Shown here: in pieces, positions 26,798 through 37,454 of the stretch
Layout of the letters: every line of letters begins with the position of its first letter
Position numbering within the stretch: position 1 is the first letter of the stretch
NCBI GenBank assembly: GCA_963718665.1
Contig: OY970359.1
Location: 1,280,001-1,344,000 of the forward strand
Origin: an uncultured Phycisphaerales bacterium
GTDB taxonomy: Bacteria > Planctomycetota > Phycisphaerae > Sedimentisphaerales > Anaerobacaceae
Direction of reading: 5' to 3'
DNA length: 64,000 nt
Notes under the pieces: model-generated
What the model saw: the letters and a program-made list of their open reading frames with translations, nothing else
The model's database searches: none
What the model was told of the DNA's origin: nothing
Translations under genes and position numbers: made by a program

Positions 26798-28156
26798 GTG
26801 ACAATGACGATTGATAAACCCGCAGCGACGGGAAAACTTTCATCGGAGGCATATCACGACAACCTGCAGGCGGCATTGATAAAATTTGACCCGGAAGTTC
26901 ACAAGCTGATAACAAAAGAATATGAGCGATTGCAGGGGACAATACAGCTTTTGGCGGCGGAGAACCAGTGCTCGCGGGCTGCGCTTGCCGCACTTGGGTC
27001 AATACTGCAAAATAAGACCTGCGAAGGATTTCCGGAGGCCCGGCTTCACGGCGGCAGCTGCGTAATGGATGAGGTTGAGAAGTTAGCGATTGAACGCGCT
27101 AAAAAGGCGTTCGGCGCAGAATACGCGAACGTCCAGCCGCATTCAGGAACAACTGCAAACCAAATTGTCATAACCGCCCTGCTTAAACCAGGCGATAAAA
27201 TACTGAGTATGGCGACAAGCCACGGCGGGCATTATTCGCACGGCTTTATCGATTCGATTACAGCAAGATTTTTCGAGATTGAAAGCTATCACGTTGACAG
27301 GGACACGTTTCTTCTCGACTACGATGAAATACGCAAGCAGGCAAAACGATTCGGGCCGAAGCTGATTATATGCGGAGCAAGCGCATATCCCAGGGCAATC
27401 GATTTTGCCCGGTTCAGGCAAATCACCGACGAGGTCGGGGCGTTACTGCTGGCGGATATTTCACATTTGTCGGCGCTGGTGATGGGAGGCGTTCACGCAT
27501 CGCCAATCGATTACGCTCATCTGACAACCACGAGCACCTATAAGCCCGGCGGGCCGAGGGGCGGGCTGATTTTGTCGGGCAAGGATTACGACCACAGGAT
27601 TAAAACGGCGAGCGGAGAAATTACGTTGTGGCAGTTGATAGAAAAGACGACGTTCCCCGGCGTTCAAGGAACGCCTTATTTCAGCAATATCGCGGCCAAG
27701 GCGGTATTTTTCAAAGAGGCCTTGTCGGAAGAGTATAAGACGAGGCAGGCCAGGGTCGTTGAAAACTCAAAACGGCTGGCGGGCATATTGCTGCGGAAAG
27801 GATATGACGTTTTGACGGGCGGGACCGACAATCATTTGATGCTTGTCGATGTTGCCAAGAAATCGCAGAACCTGACGGGTCTTGCCGCCCAGCAGTGCCT
27901 CGAACAATGCGGGATAGTCGTCGATAAGATGCTTTTGCCTTATGATAACAATCCTAACGGCGTGAGCGGGATACGCTTAGGCACGCCGATAATTACGAAA
28001 AACGGTATGGGCACAGCTGAAATCGACAAGATAGCCGAGCTTGTCGACACGGTGCTAAGTAATCTGAAATCGTCAGGCCAGGCAATTGACCAGTCAGTTG
28101 CGGACCGCGTCAGGAGACAAGCAAAAGAGCTTGCCGCTGAATTTTCTATCCGCTGA
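26798..28156 (+). CDS. Divergent serine hydroxymethyltransferase-like PLP enzyme
   Basis: ANVQPHSG, GGH, STYK (PLP Lys), GPRGG, GGTDNH and GIRLGT motifs; several canonical active-site residues are replaced. Confidence 0.85.
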   Translation: MTMTIDKPAATGKLSSEAYHDNLQAALIKFDPEVHKLITKEYERLQGTIQLLAAENQCSRAALAALGSILQNKTCEGFPEARLHGGSCVMDEVEKLAIERAKKAFGAEYANVQPHSGTTANQIVITALLKPGDKILSMATSHGGHYSHGFIDSITARFFEIESYHVDRDTFLLDYDEIRKQAKRFGPKLIICGASAYPRAIDFARFRQITDEVGALLLADISHLSALVMGGVHASPIDYAHLTTTSTYKPGGPRGGLILSGKDYDHRIKTASGEITLWQLIEKTTFPGVQGTPYFSNIAAKAVFFKEALSEEYKTRQARVVENSKRLAGILLRKGYDVLTGGTDNHLMLVDVAKKSQNLTGLAAQQCLEQCGIVVDKMLLPYDNNPNGVSGIRLGTPIITKNGMGTAEIDKIAELVDTVLSNLKSSGQAIDQSVADRVRRQAKELAAEFSIR

Positions 28157-28280
28157 GAAGCCCCCATAATTAACCGGTCGGTTAATCCCGGCGAAGCAGG
28201 TTTGGCATTTGCGTGCTTGATGAGGAGACGAATCGCTGGTATGTTATTCAGGCCATAATGCGCGTTTAGGCAAAGCCCGT

Positions 28281-29540
28281 ATGCTAAATAGAATCAAGAA
28301 ACAGTTAGTTGAAGGCAAGACCCTGCTGCTGTTCGGCTTTCTCAAGGGGCTGGTGCAGGTTGTTCCGCTGATAATTGCCAAGTTTTTCTCGGAGGATATG
28401 TTCGGCACATACTCTCTGGCAAAAATGGTGATATTCTTTTTTATAGCGCTGCTTATCACGACGCCGCAGACGCCATTCGTGGTTTTCGCCAGCAGAGAAC
28501 GGGTAGAAACAGGGAAAATCAACAAGTTCTTTTCGATACAGGCGGTGTTTTTCGTTTTCGGCATTGTGTTTTACGCAGTCATGGCAGTGATATTCAACAG
28601 CCCGATTCGCCGTTTTGCGGGAATATCGGCTCCTGATTTAATATGTATGTCGCTGGGCTTTGCGGGCATCGCGTTAAGCTCTTTTCTCAGCAATCTGTTC
28701 TTAGCCCTTGGGCAGAGGGTCAAAAACTCGCTGTCAGAACTGGCCTATGGGGTAATTATGTTAGCGATTATCATAGGGCTGGCCGCAACGGGAATGCTCA
28801 GCATTCAAACCATTTTTCTGACATATTTAGTATCATCAATAATCACGCTGCTTATTTTTGCCGGAACCATCCCCTGGGGCAATCTGCTGCCTTTTAATTT
28901 TTCAATTACCCACTTCAGGGAGATGTTTGACTTCACAAAATGGGTTTTTATCGGGGCGACGGCAATATATTTTATCGACTGGGGCGACAACGCCATCCTG
29001 AAGGTTTTCAACATATCCACGGCCGATATAGGCCAATACAGTTTCGGATACCAGATATTCAACGGGCTGGTTACCATGATATATGTCCTGAACAGCTACT
29101 TTTTACCATTTGTGTCTGAGAATGTGCATGACAGCGGCAGGATGCGAGATTATCTCTACAGCAAAAGGCCCAGGATTTTGCTCTTTGGCCTTGCTATATT
29201 AACGGCGGTCTTTTTCGCTTGTCCATACGCTTTCCAGATTATCTATAAAGGTTCGTATCATAGTTCGGTCAACATCCTGAGAATCCTGCTCATCGGCTGC
29301 GCGTTGATGCTTTACAATACTTTTTATATTCCATTATTTAACGCGCTGCAACTATATAAGTTCCTACAGACGACAAACGTCGTAATTATGGTGATAAAAG
29401 TGGCATTAAATATTCTGCTTGTGCTGAAGTATGGTTTCTACGGGGCGGCAGTCGGGACGGTGATTTCGTATTTTTGTATAACGGCCATATACGAGGGCTA
29501 TTACCAAATCAAAATAAAACGGCTGATAAATGAAAAATAG
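28281..29540 (+). CDS. Wzx/MOP-family oligosaccharide flippase
   Basis: About 12 TM segments; FGTYSLA, DIGQYS and YGFYGAAVGT patterns. Confidence 0.8.
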   Translation: MLNRIKKQLVEGKTLLLFGFLKGLVQVVPLIIAKFFSEDMFGTYSLAKMVIFFFIALLITTPQTPFVVFASRERVETGKINKFFSIQAVFFVFGIVFYAVMAVIFNSPIRRFAGISAPDLICMSLGFAGIALSSFLSNLFLALGQRVKNSLSELAYGVIMLAIIIGLAATGMLSIQTIFLTYLVSSIITLLIFAGTIPWGNLLPFNFSITHFREMFDFTKWVFIGATAIYFIDWGDNAILKVFNISTADIGQYSFGYQIFNGLVTMIYVLNSYFLPFVSENVHDSGRMRDYLYSKRPRILLFGLAILTAVFFACPYAFQIIYKGSYHSSVNILRILLIGCALMLYNTFYIPLFNALQLYKFLQTTNVVIMVIKVALNILLVLKYGFYGAAVGTVISYFCITAIYEGYYQIKIKRLINEK

Positions 29541-29577
29541 CAGCCCTGTTGGAATTACCGGTTCGACACGAGAAAGA

Positions 29578-30963
29578 TCATCCTCTCAGTTCGATATGTT
29601 CTTTCCAGCCATCCGGCGGAATGAAATCTTTTCCATACAATCTTGCCGTTTCAGCAAATGAATACGTTTTGCCGTTTGTGCACACTTTTAGTTCTTCCGC
29701 GGGATGGCGAACGAGCGGATAGTTGTAATCGGACTCCAAACCGCATCGCAGCAGAGCGATTTTCCGCCAGTCGAAATGCATAAGCGCCGCATGCGCCATA
29801 TCAGCAAACAATGACGAGCTGGCAAATGTAACGGCTCCAAGATTTATCGGTTCGGGAGCCAGCGGCCCGTTATGCTGACCGGCTATAATGCCGTCAGTGA
29901 GCGAATAGACGCATCTTGCCGGAGTCGATGACATTGAGCCATCAATTTTGCCGTACATCGCGATCCGATTCAAGTCGAGTACCATTCGCCATACGGTATC
30001 ATTGCCGTACCAGCTTCCCTCCAGCGATTTATGCACATGCGGAGATATGATCCACTGTAATCCGATTAATCCGTTTACACAAAACTGCCAGAACGGCCGA
30101 TCTGGCTTGTTAATGCGAGAATTGCTTATATCAAGAAACGATTCCGCAAGACGCTTGAGAAAAAAACTGCCCTCATAGCAATCACCGCCTTGCGCAGAGC
30201 CGCCGATTCGGTGGTGCGGCAAGTAACCTTTGTTTCCATTGATTCCGACAAGATTTTTAACCGCTGCCGTTATACCGGCTTTCCTGTGAGCTTTCAATTT
30301 AGGCAAATTGATGATAACGTCGGCCTCAAACGGTTCTTTTGCAAGTAAATACTGATGGCGGCCGGGCCGGTGCGTCGAAGCAAGCGCCTTTGGGTCGTAG
30401 TTGGTATTTCTGAAGGTTCCTGCCGATTCAGTGATAGGCTCCATCAGGCTATCGTGTCCCAAATCAAACATAACGAAGTTTTCCAACCCGCGTCTGTTAG
30501 AATCGACTTTACCATATTTATCTACGACATCTCTTCTGAAATCAATAATCTCTACCGGACAAGAGTTGTTTATATCGTTTGTTTTCAGCCAGTCCAAACT
30601 GGGCAGTTCTTCAAACACTGTGGATTGTATTGGAGCATCTGCGATAATTACCCGCGATGGCTTTGCGGTAAACACTTCTTTCAGCACCGCCTTAATAAAA
30701 AAAGGATGGGTGACCATACAATCCATCCCGCAATTACTTTGATTGTAGTGAAGTACCCAGTTTGGTTTTAAAAGCACACTCATCCCCGGCTCTATAATAT
30801 CTGCCAGCGGGATGTCAGGGTTTTTGCAGCCCAAGCCGCCCTGGCTCATTGCTTCTTTCAGGAGTCGTGAAAGCAATGCCGCATCATGATAAGGCGAACT
30901 TGTTCCAAAGGCATCCTTATCGATGAGAGCTAATCCAACACGGGTTTCATCCATTGCAACCAT
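29578..30963 (-). CDS. DUF362-family protein
   Basis: VLLKPNWV, THP, INLPKLKAH...GITAAVKNLVG and DGIIAG..NGP motifs; start reassigned to an ATG with GAAGGG upstream. Confidence 0.8.
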   Translation of the reverse strand: MVAMDETRVGLALIDKDAFGTSSPYHDAALLSRLLKEAMSQGGLGCKNPDIPLADIIEPGMSVLLKPNWVLHYNQSNCGMDCMVTHPFFIKAVLKEVFTAKPSRVIIADAPIQSTVFEELPSLDWLKTNDINNSCPVEIIDFRRDVVDKYGKVDSNRRGLENFVMFDLGHDSLMEPITESAGTFRNTNYDPKALASTHRPGRHQYLLAKEPFEADVIINLPKLKAHRKAGITAAVKNLVGINGNKGYLPHHRIGGSAQGGDCYEGSFFLKRLAESFLDISNSRINKPDRPFWQFCVNGLIGLQWIISPHVHKSLEGSWYGNDTVWRMVLDLNRIAMYGKIDGSMSSTPARCVYSLTDGIIAGQHNGPLAPEPINLGAVTFASSSLFADMAHAALMHFDWRKIALLRCGLESDYNYPLVRHPAEELKVCTNGKTYSFAETARLYGKDFIPPDGWKEHIELRG

Positions 30964-31150
30964 ACTACCCTTCAAAAGGCACTTTCGTTTTTGTGAAAGA
31001 ACACCCAACTAATATCATACCGTATTTCTGCATTTTTAAATTTCTATTTTTTTTATATCAGCACTATGACCGGGACCTAACATTGTTATGGATTACTATA
31101 CTGGGATTTCCCATATAACATTGTATATCCTTCTAAAATAACCGCGCAGG

Positions 31151-32506
31151 TCATAGTTCACTGATGGTGTATAAATATTTCCCGCTTTTGGTGGGCGGGA
31201 TATCATCGACGTATTCAAATTCTACTTTGCAATCCTGCCCCATTACTTTTCTGATTGAATCGACCAGAGCCGGTATAGTTTCCGCAAATTTCTGATTATC
31301 AAGAAGGACCGCTTTTATGAGGATATAATCATAACTTTTTTGAATAACCTGAAATTTTTTTACGATACCCTTGTTGTAAACAACCCCAACGAAATGGATG
31401 AAAAACTCTCCCGGCACAACTTTCCCATCCCTGGTTTTAAAAACTTCGATATGCCTTCCAACGACGGTTTCGATGAGAGGCGCACCTCTGCCGCAGGAAC
31501 ATTTTGTGGTTTTCGCAGGAATCGCCATATCACCGATGCCATACCTTATGAACGGCATAGATAAATTGTCGAGTGTGGTGACATAAACATTGCCCATTCG
31601 CCCCGGCGGGCAGGGTCTTAAACTTTCATCGAGGATTTCCATTTTAGTATTCAGAGGGAAAGTATGCAGTCCCTTTTTTTTCAGGCACTCGCAGGCAATC
31701 ATGCCGACCTCACGGGAACCATAATGATTCAACGCGGGACAGCCGAAAACTTCCTCGATAAGATTTCTGACGTCCGGGGTAAGCGTCTCGGCCGAGCAAA
31801 TAATAACTTCCGGCCGAAATATCTTAATGCCCGCACCTTTGATATAGCGGGCGAAATCATATATGGAGCTGGTATAGGCATTGACCGATTTGGGCCTGAT
31901 TAAATTCCATCGGCTGACATAATCTTTCAAATTCTTTTCAGACATCAGGAAGCTGTTGAGCATCTCAACATTGAAAAGCAGATTATTAATCCTTGATGAA
32001 AGCTTCTCTGAATCCTTAATTATGTCGCGTTCGGAACCCCAAAGTTTTAATTCTGGTTCGCCGACGTCTTTGCCCGCCATAAAATTGAAGTAATAGCCGC
32101 AGGCGAGGGACCAGTCCTTATAATTGCGGTCCTGGATGAAACGGACCGGCTCGCCGGTGGAGCCGCCGGATGAGTTATGAAACCAGGATCGCTTTTGATA
32201 ATCTTTCGAATACATATTTTCGCCCTGGCTTCGTATTATATCCTTGGTCAGAACGGGGATACGCTGGAAGTTTTCGAGGCAAACTTTTCCGTTTTTGATT
32301 ACCGCTGCATCTTCGAGTATTTTGTGATAGTAAGGCACATTCGCGTGTGCGTGCATTAAAAGCCCGCCCAACTTTTCGTCCTGCATCCGGGCGAGCATCT
32401 CGGGCCTTTCGTACTCTATCTTTTTGAGATATTCGAAATGCTCGAACATCTTGCGTCCCAGGACAACCGCGGCCACCCGCAAAACAGCTTTTCTCCAGTT
32501 AAGCAT
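31151..32506 (-). CDS. PaaK/CapK-like adenylate-forming enzyme
   Basis: SSGGSTGEP, YGSRE, MPFIRYGIGD, GR and SGK motifs. Confidence 0.88.
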   Translation of the reverse strand: MLNWRKAVLRVAAVVLGRKMFEHFEYLKKIEYERPEMLARMQDEKLGGLLMHAHANVPYYHKILEDAAVIKNGKVCLENFQRIPVLTKDIIRSQGENMYSKDYQKRSWFHNSSGGSTGEPVRFIQDRNYKDWSLACGYYFNFMAGKDVGEPELKLWGSERDIIKDSEKLSSRINNLLFNVEMLNSFLMSEKNLKDYVSRWNLIRPKSVNAYTSSIYDFARYIKGAGIKIFRPEVIICSAETLTPDVRNLIEEVFGCPALNHYGSREVGMIACECLKKKGLHTFPLNTKMEILDESLRPCPPGRMGNVYVTTLDNLSMPFIRYGIGDMAIPAKTTKCSCGRGAPLIETVVGRHIEVFKTRDGKVVPGEFFIHFVGVVYNKGIVKKFQVIQKSYDYILIKAVLLDNQKFAETIPALVDSIRKVMGQDCKVEFEYVDDIPPTKSGKYLYTISEL

Positions 32507-32538
32507 AATATAACTCTCCGCAATACCGTCCCTGGTTA

Positions 32539-33666
32539 TTAACGGTCATTGTGAACAATTTGCGCAAATAGCTCTTTATATCTTTGGACAATTTTTTCGA
32601 TGTTATGATTTTCATTGACGTATCTCCAGCCGTTGACGCCATATTGTCGGGCAATTTCAGGTTCGAGTAATCTTTTTAGCATTTCCTTGAATTTATGCGA
32701 GTCACCATTGGCGCACAGGCCACAGTTGAATTTATCGAGGAAGCCGTCAGGATTGACGTTCAGCGACAAAATCGGCGTTGCGCATTTGCAGGCCTGAATA
32801 AAGGTGTTGGCAAAACCTTCGGCGCTGCTTGTGCTGACGAATATCTTGGCTCGCCGGAAAAAGTCGTCTATTTCATGAAAAGGCACACTCTCAATAAATT
32901 CGAGGTTGGTGACCGATTTTGCCCTGGCGACCAATTCGCCGTATTTATTGTCACCCTTTGTCTGCTGGCAAATCATCACGAACTTTTCAGAAGGAGTTTC
33001 CTGGGCCAGTTTTATAAAAAGATACGGCTGTTTGAAATCAACGCTGCGTCCTACCCAAATGATGGAATCGCGATTATGGGCTGATGGTTCAGGAATTCGA
33101 TGCCCGTTGGGAATCGGAATCGATGATACGCCGGTGGTTTTTCTTAAAGGTTCGCTGTCGCTTTCTTTTTGCACGGAGACAAGTTTCGCCCGTCTAATCG
33201 CCCACAAAAACACCCTGCCACGCAGCCAGTTTTGGTGAAGATATGTTCCGTCACAGTCGATATCATGCGACGTCCGGAGAAAAAATTGTCGTCCGTGTGT
33301 CCTGCAAAAAAGCGCAACCAATCCGGCAATCGATGATGCACCCTTCTTGAAGTAGATATCCGAATTTACCCGTTTCATTGTTTTCCACATGCTTAAAAAC
33401 GCCGCAACGGGGTTTTGCAAATCCAAGGTTTTGTATATCACAACGCCATCGAACCGCTCAATTTCGCGCTGACCATAATCGCCTGTAATCATACTGACGC
33501 TGAATTTCTTGTCCTTGGCCAGTTCAGTGGAAAGCATATAAATATCGACCTCGGCGCCGCCCTGAGTGCCTTTTCCCACCCTGCTGAACAGCGGGTAGGC
33601 CTCCAGCGCAATAAAACAAATGCTTATAGGCCGACCGGCGGAGCTGTTTATCGAAGTGCTGACCAT
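32539..33666 (-). CDS. Glycosyltransferase family 4
   Basis: GGAE, IPNG, WVGR and EGFANTFIQA motifs. Confidence 0.9.
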   Translation of the reverse strand: MVSTSINSSAGRPISICFIALEAYPLFSRVGKGTQGGAEVDIYMLSTELAKDKKFSVSMITGDYGQREIERFDGVVIYKTLDLQNPVAAFLSMWKTMKRVNSDIYFKKGASSIAGLVALFCRTHGRQFFLRTSHDIDCDGTYLHQNWLRGRVFLWAIRRAKLVSVQKESDSEPLRKTTGVSSIPIPNGHRIPEPSAHNRDSIIWVGRSVDFKQPYLFIKLAQETPSEKFVMICQQTKGDNKYGELVARAKSVTNLEFIESVPFHEIDDFFRRAKIFVSTSSAEGFANTFIQACKCATPILSLNVNPDGFLDKFNCGLCANGDSHKFKEMLKRLLEPEIARQYGVNGWRYVNENHNIEKIVQRYKELFAQIVHNDR

Positions 33667-33700
33667 AAAATATCCCGGAAATATCGTCGATTCGGCATTT

Positions 33701-35524
33701 TCAGACCATCCATTTTTTGAACCACATATTGAACATCATAATGCTCCAGAAAATACGATAGTAATCGCCCTGTCCCTGCTGGTGTCTGTTCCAGTATATT
33801 TTCAGTGTGTCTTTGTCATAGTAGTCGAGCAGGTCGAAACCGAAAATCTCATTGTACGCGAAATCTTTCAACTCATTTCTAAAATAATGAATCAGGGGAA
33901 CGCTAAACCCCTGTTTTCTTCGATGCAGTATCTCATAGGGAAGGACCTCACTGAAGGCCTTTTTAAGGATATATTTCTTTTGGCCCATTTTGATTTTTAA
34001 CCTGGGCGGAATCCGTGCCGCGAACTCTGCCAGCGTATGGTCAAGAAAAGGCACGCGGGCCTCGAGGGTAACCGCCATCGATGCGCGATCTTCCTTCACA
34101 AGCAGGTCGTCTGGCAGATACTCGTTCAAATCGTAGTTCATCGCGTTGTTAATGTCATCGGGATAAACAAAATGCTTTTCAAGATATTTGTAAGCGGCAA
34201 GTTTGGAAGATGGCTCGTCTTTTGTCCTAAACATATAACTGAACAATCGCAGATACAAGGTGGTGCGGTCTTCCTTTTCGCCGAGAAAGCCGCGAAGCTT
34301 GTTGAATTTTTCCTTTCTGAACAGGAGATTTGCCAAAACTGTCGAATAATCCAAAAAGCGTTTTACCGGCATCGGCAGATTGTTAAGGGTTCTCAACAGG
34401 ACATAATCGTTATAATGCCCATATCCGCCGAAAAGCTCGTCTCCGCCTGTGCCGGACAGCGAAACCGTAACGTGTTGTCTTGCCACCCTCGACACGAGAC
34501 AGGTCGGAATCATCGAAGGGTCGCCGAATGGGTCGTCATAATAATACGGCAATTCGGTTATCAGCTCCCTGACGTTATTGGCGTTGAAATCTATTTCGAA
34601 ATGATTTGTCCCAAACTTGTCGGACACTATCTTGGCATAATGAGATTCGTTGAAATCCGACCGGTCGAACCTTATCGAAAAGGTATTAAGGTTCTTGACG
34701 TATTTACTCATAATTGAGACGAGAATAGAGCTGTCCAGACCTCCTGACAAAAATGCGCCGAGGGGGACATCTGATATCAACTGCATTTTGACCGCCCTGT
34801 CGAGCCGCTCAACGATTTGTTTTTCTATCTCCGTTTCATCACAGTCAAGCTGGTTGGCAAATGAAAGCGTCCAGTAATGGCGGTTCTCTTTTATTTTTCT
34901 CGCGGAGAGGTCGTAAACCAAAAAACAGCCCGGTTCCAGCTTTTTCACTCCCTCCAGAATCGACCTGTCAAAAGGTGTGTTGCCAAACAGCATATAATAA
35001 TCCATCGCATGCTGATTTATCCTTTTTTCGATATCGCTCCTGAGGAAAACCTTAAGTTCAGAACCAAAGATGAATTTTTTGTCATCGCAATAGTAAAACA
35101 AGGGCTTGATGCCGAAACGGTCCCTGGCCAGAAAGAACAGTTTTTGTTTTTTGTCGAAGATACAGAATGCGAACTGGCCATTGAGACGTTCGAGCATATC
35201 AGTGCCCCACTGTTCGTAGCCGTGAACGAGCACTTCGGTATCAGTATGAGATATGAAAACATGGCCCTGCTTTTCGAGCGATTCCTTGATTTCGGGAAAG
35301 TTGAATATCTCGCCGTTGAAGGTTACGCAGACGGAGCCATCCTCATTATACATTGGCTGGCGACCTTTTTCGGAGAGGTCGATAATTTTAAGCCGTTTGT
35401 GCCCGATAGATATGCCGTCTTTGACGTGGAATCCTTCCTGCTCCGGGCCGCGATGTTGAAGCAACTCGGCGAGCGACCTGACTTTTTTTTCGTCTTCCCA
35501 GTTGAAGCCGAGAATTCCGCACAT
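33701..35524 (-). CDS. asnB: AsnB-like glutamine amidotransferase
   Basis: MCGI, HRGP, FNGEIFN, LSGGLDSS, DELFGGY and EARVPFLD motifs. Confidence 0.92.
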   Translation of the reverse strand: MCGILGFNWEDEKKVRSLAELLQHRGPEQEGFHVKDGISIGHKRLKIIDLSEKGRQPMYNEDGSVCVTFNGEIFNFPEIKESLEKQGHVFISHTDTEVLVHGYEQWGTDMLERLNGQFAFCIFDKKQKLFFLARDRFGIKPLFYYCDDKKFIFGSELKVFLRSDIEKRINQHAMDYYMLFGNTPFDRSILEGVKKLEPGCFLVYDLSARKIKENRHYWTLSFANQLDCDETEIEKQIVERLDRAVKMQLISDVPLGAFLSGGLDSSILVSIMSKYVKNLNTFSIRFDRSDFNESHYAKIVSDKFGTNHFEIDFNANNVRELITELPYYYDDPFGDPSMIPTCLVSRVARQHVTVSLSGTGGDELFGGYGHYNDYVLLRTLNNLPMPVKRFLDYSTVLANLLFRKEKFNKLRGFLGEKEDRTTLYLRLFSYMFRTKDEPSSKLAAYKYLEKHFVYPDDINNAMNYDLNEYLPDDLLVKEDRASMAVTLEARVPFLDHTLAEFAARIPPRLKIKMGQKKYILKKAFSEVLPYEILHRRKQGFSVPLIHYFRNELKDFAYNEIFGFDLLDYYDKDTLKIYWNRHQQGQGDYYRIFWSIMMFNMWFKKWMV

Positions 35525-36300
35525 TACGCTACTCTTTCAAAGACAAACTCATTGCAACCCGTAAAACCCTGGGTTTTTATAAATTTTTTCAGCTTAAACC
35601 CTCGCTGCTCAAAAAAAGCCGTTACCTCATCGACCGACGCGTATTCGTAGGGGTAGCCGCCCACCCAGTCCACGATGTCGTAGTAGTAGCTCATACCTCG
35701 TTCTTTACTGAAAGGATTTCGCCTTGATGTGAGCATCACAGCAGGGACCTTAACAATCAGGACCAGCCAGATGAGGATTTTTTTGATAATCGCGGGGCTT
35801 TTGACGTAGGTGAACTTTATCATCTTCCAGATGGGCGATGTGAAATGCTTATTGTAGATTGCTATCGCGAGGATGCCTTTGGGGGCGACAAGCCGAGCGG
35901 CCGCCTCGAAGGCCTTGTGCATATTCCCGGTATGGTGAAGGACTCCCCAGCTATATACGACGTCAGCGGGTTCAAGATTCAGGTTGTCGTTAAGAATCGA
36001 GTTGACGGAGAAATCAATTGAATCCGCCCTGATAGCCGGTTCCCACTGGCGGACGCGTTCGAGCACATCTTTGGCGGTAGCGACGCATTGCGGGTCGTAA
36101 TCGAAGCCGACGACTTTTTTGGCGCCCAGCGCGCCTGCGGCGATTGAGAAAAGTCCGCTGCCGCAGCCGATATCAAGGACGGTTTTTCCGGTCAGGCCGC
36201 CAACCAGCTCCCTGACTGACTTTTTGGCGTCGAGATAGGCCTCATTAGTCAGTTGTTTAGAAAAATTTCGCCAGTTTTCTCCGAAGGCGAATCTTTCCAT
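35524..36300 (-). CDS. Class I SAM methyltransferase
   Basis: [16 protein letters not shown] and DWVGGYPYE motifs. Confidence 0.9.
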   Translation of the reverse strand: MERFAFGENWRNFSKQLTNEAYLDAKKSVRELVGGLTGKTVLDIGCGSGLFSIAAGALGAKKVVGFDYDPQCVATAKDVLERVRQWEPAIRADSIDFSVNSILNDNLNLEPADVVYSWGVLHHTGNMHKAFEAAARLVAPKGILAIAIYNKHFTSPIWKMIKFTYVKSPAIIKKILIWLVLIVKVPAVMLTSRRNPFSKERGMSYYYDIVDWVGGYPYEYASVDEVTAFFEQRGFKLKKFIKTQGFTGCNEFVFERVA

Positions 36301-36344
36301 TTTTTTCTCCTATGGCGGGCCTAGATATGGGACGGCTTCGCCGG

Positions 36345-37454
36345 TCATCTTTTTTGGGCCAGTCGAGCAAAGACGGACTTATACTCGCCGGCGATTCTGG
36401 TTATGTCGTGGTGCTTTTCGGAATATTTTCGGGCATTGGAGCCGAATTCGACATAGCGGTCGCCATCAAGCAAAAACCGCATATTATATGTTAGCCGAGC
36501 GGCGTCGCCATTACAACACAAACCGCATTTGTGCGTATCCAAAAAACCGTCCGGATTAACATTGTAAGACAGTATCGCCGCGCCGCAGTTGCAGGCCTGG
36601 ATAAAGGTATTAGGGAAACCCTCGGAGTCGCTGGTGTTGACGAGAATTTTGGCCCGCTGGAAATAATCGTTTATCCTGTCAAACGGCACGTGCCTGATAA
36701 ACTGTAAATTCCGGATTTTGCCGGCCTGCTCAATAAGGTCCTTGTAATGCTGGTCATTATTCAGCGTCTGGCAAATAATCGTGAAATGCTCATTAGGAAG
36801 GGTTTTTGCCAGTTCAAGGAATCGTTCAGGGTTTTTGACTGGGTCATCGCGGCCGACCCAGATAATCGTATCCCGCTTCTGCTGTCGCATCACAGGCAGC
36901 CGATGTCCGTTGGGAATTACCTGCGAAGATATGCCCATAGTTCGAGTCAGATTTTCGTTGTCGATTTTATTCTGGGCGAAGACCAGTTTGGCCTGTCGCA
37001 ACGACCATTTGAACAATCTGCCCAGAATCGGGTGCTGCCTGACGTAAGTCCCGTTGCTTTCGAGCAAGCTGGCGAGGCGATACACAAAAGCCCTTCGGCG
37101 TAATTTGCAGAATGCCGCGACTACCGGCACGCCTGGCGAGGCACATTTGAGTACATAAATATCGGCATCGGCCTGCTTCAGTGCATTCCAGGTCCGTATC
37201 AGGCCGGTAAGTATATTGGCGCGGAAATCGAGCGACTTGAGAACGGTAACGTTTTCGATAATCTCAACGTCTTTCTGGCCGTAGTCGGCCACGATGAAGC
37301 TAACTTCAAAATTATTATCGCGGGCAAGTTCAGTCGCCAGATAATACAAATCGACTTCAGCTCCGCCGAAGTAGGTGCCTATCGCGGGGTTGAAAATCGG
37401 ATACGCCTTTGGGGCAACAAAACAAATCTTTATTTTTTTTGATTCCGTTGTCAT
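36345..37454 (-). CDS. Glycosyltransferase family 4 (paralog of 32539-33666)
   Basis: GGAEVD, IPNGHR and EGFPNTFIQA motifs. Confidence 0.9.
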   Translation of the reverse strand: MTTESKKIKICFVAPKAYPIFNPAIGTYFGGAEVDLYYLATELARDNNFEVSFIVADYGQKDVEIIENVTVLKSLDFRANILTGLIRTWNALKQADADIYVLKCASPGVPVVAAFCKLRRRAFVYRLASLLESNGTYVRQHPILGRLFKWSLRQAKLVFAQNKIDNENLTRTMGISSQVIPNGHRLPVMRQQKRDTIIWVGRDDPVKNPERFLELAKTLPNEHFTIICQTLNNDQHYKDLIEQAGKIRNLQFIRHVPFDRINDYFQRAKILVNTSDSEGFPNTFIQACNCGAAILSYNVNPDGFLDTHKCGLCCNGDAARLTYNMRFLLDGDRYVEFGSNARKYSEKHHDITRIAGEYKSVFARLAQKR

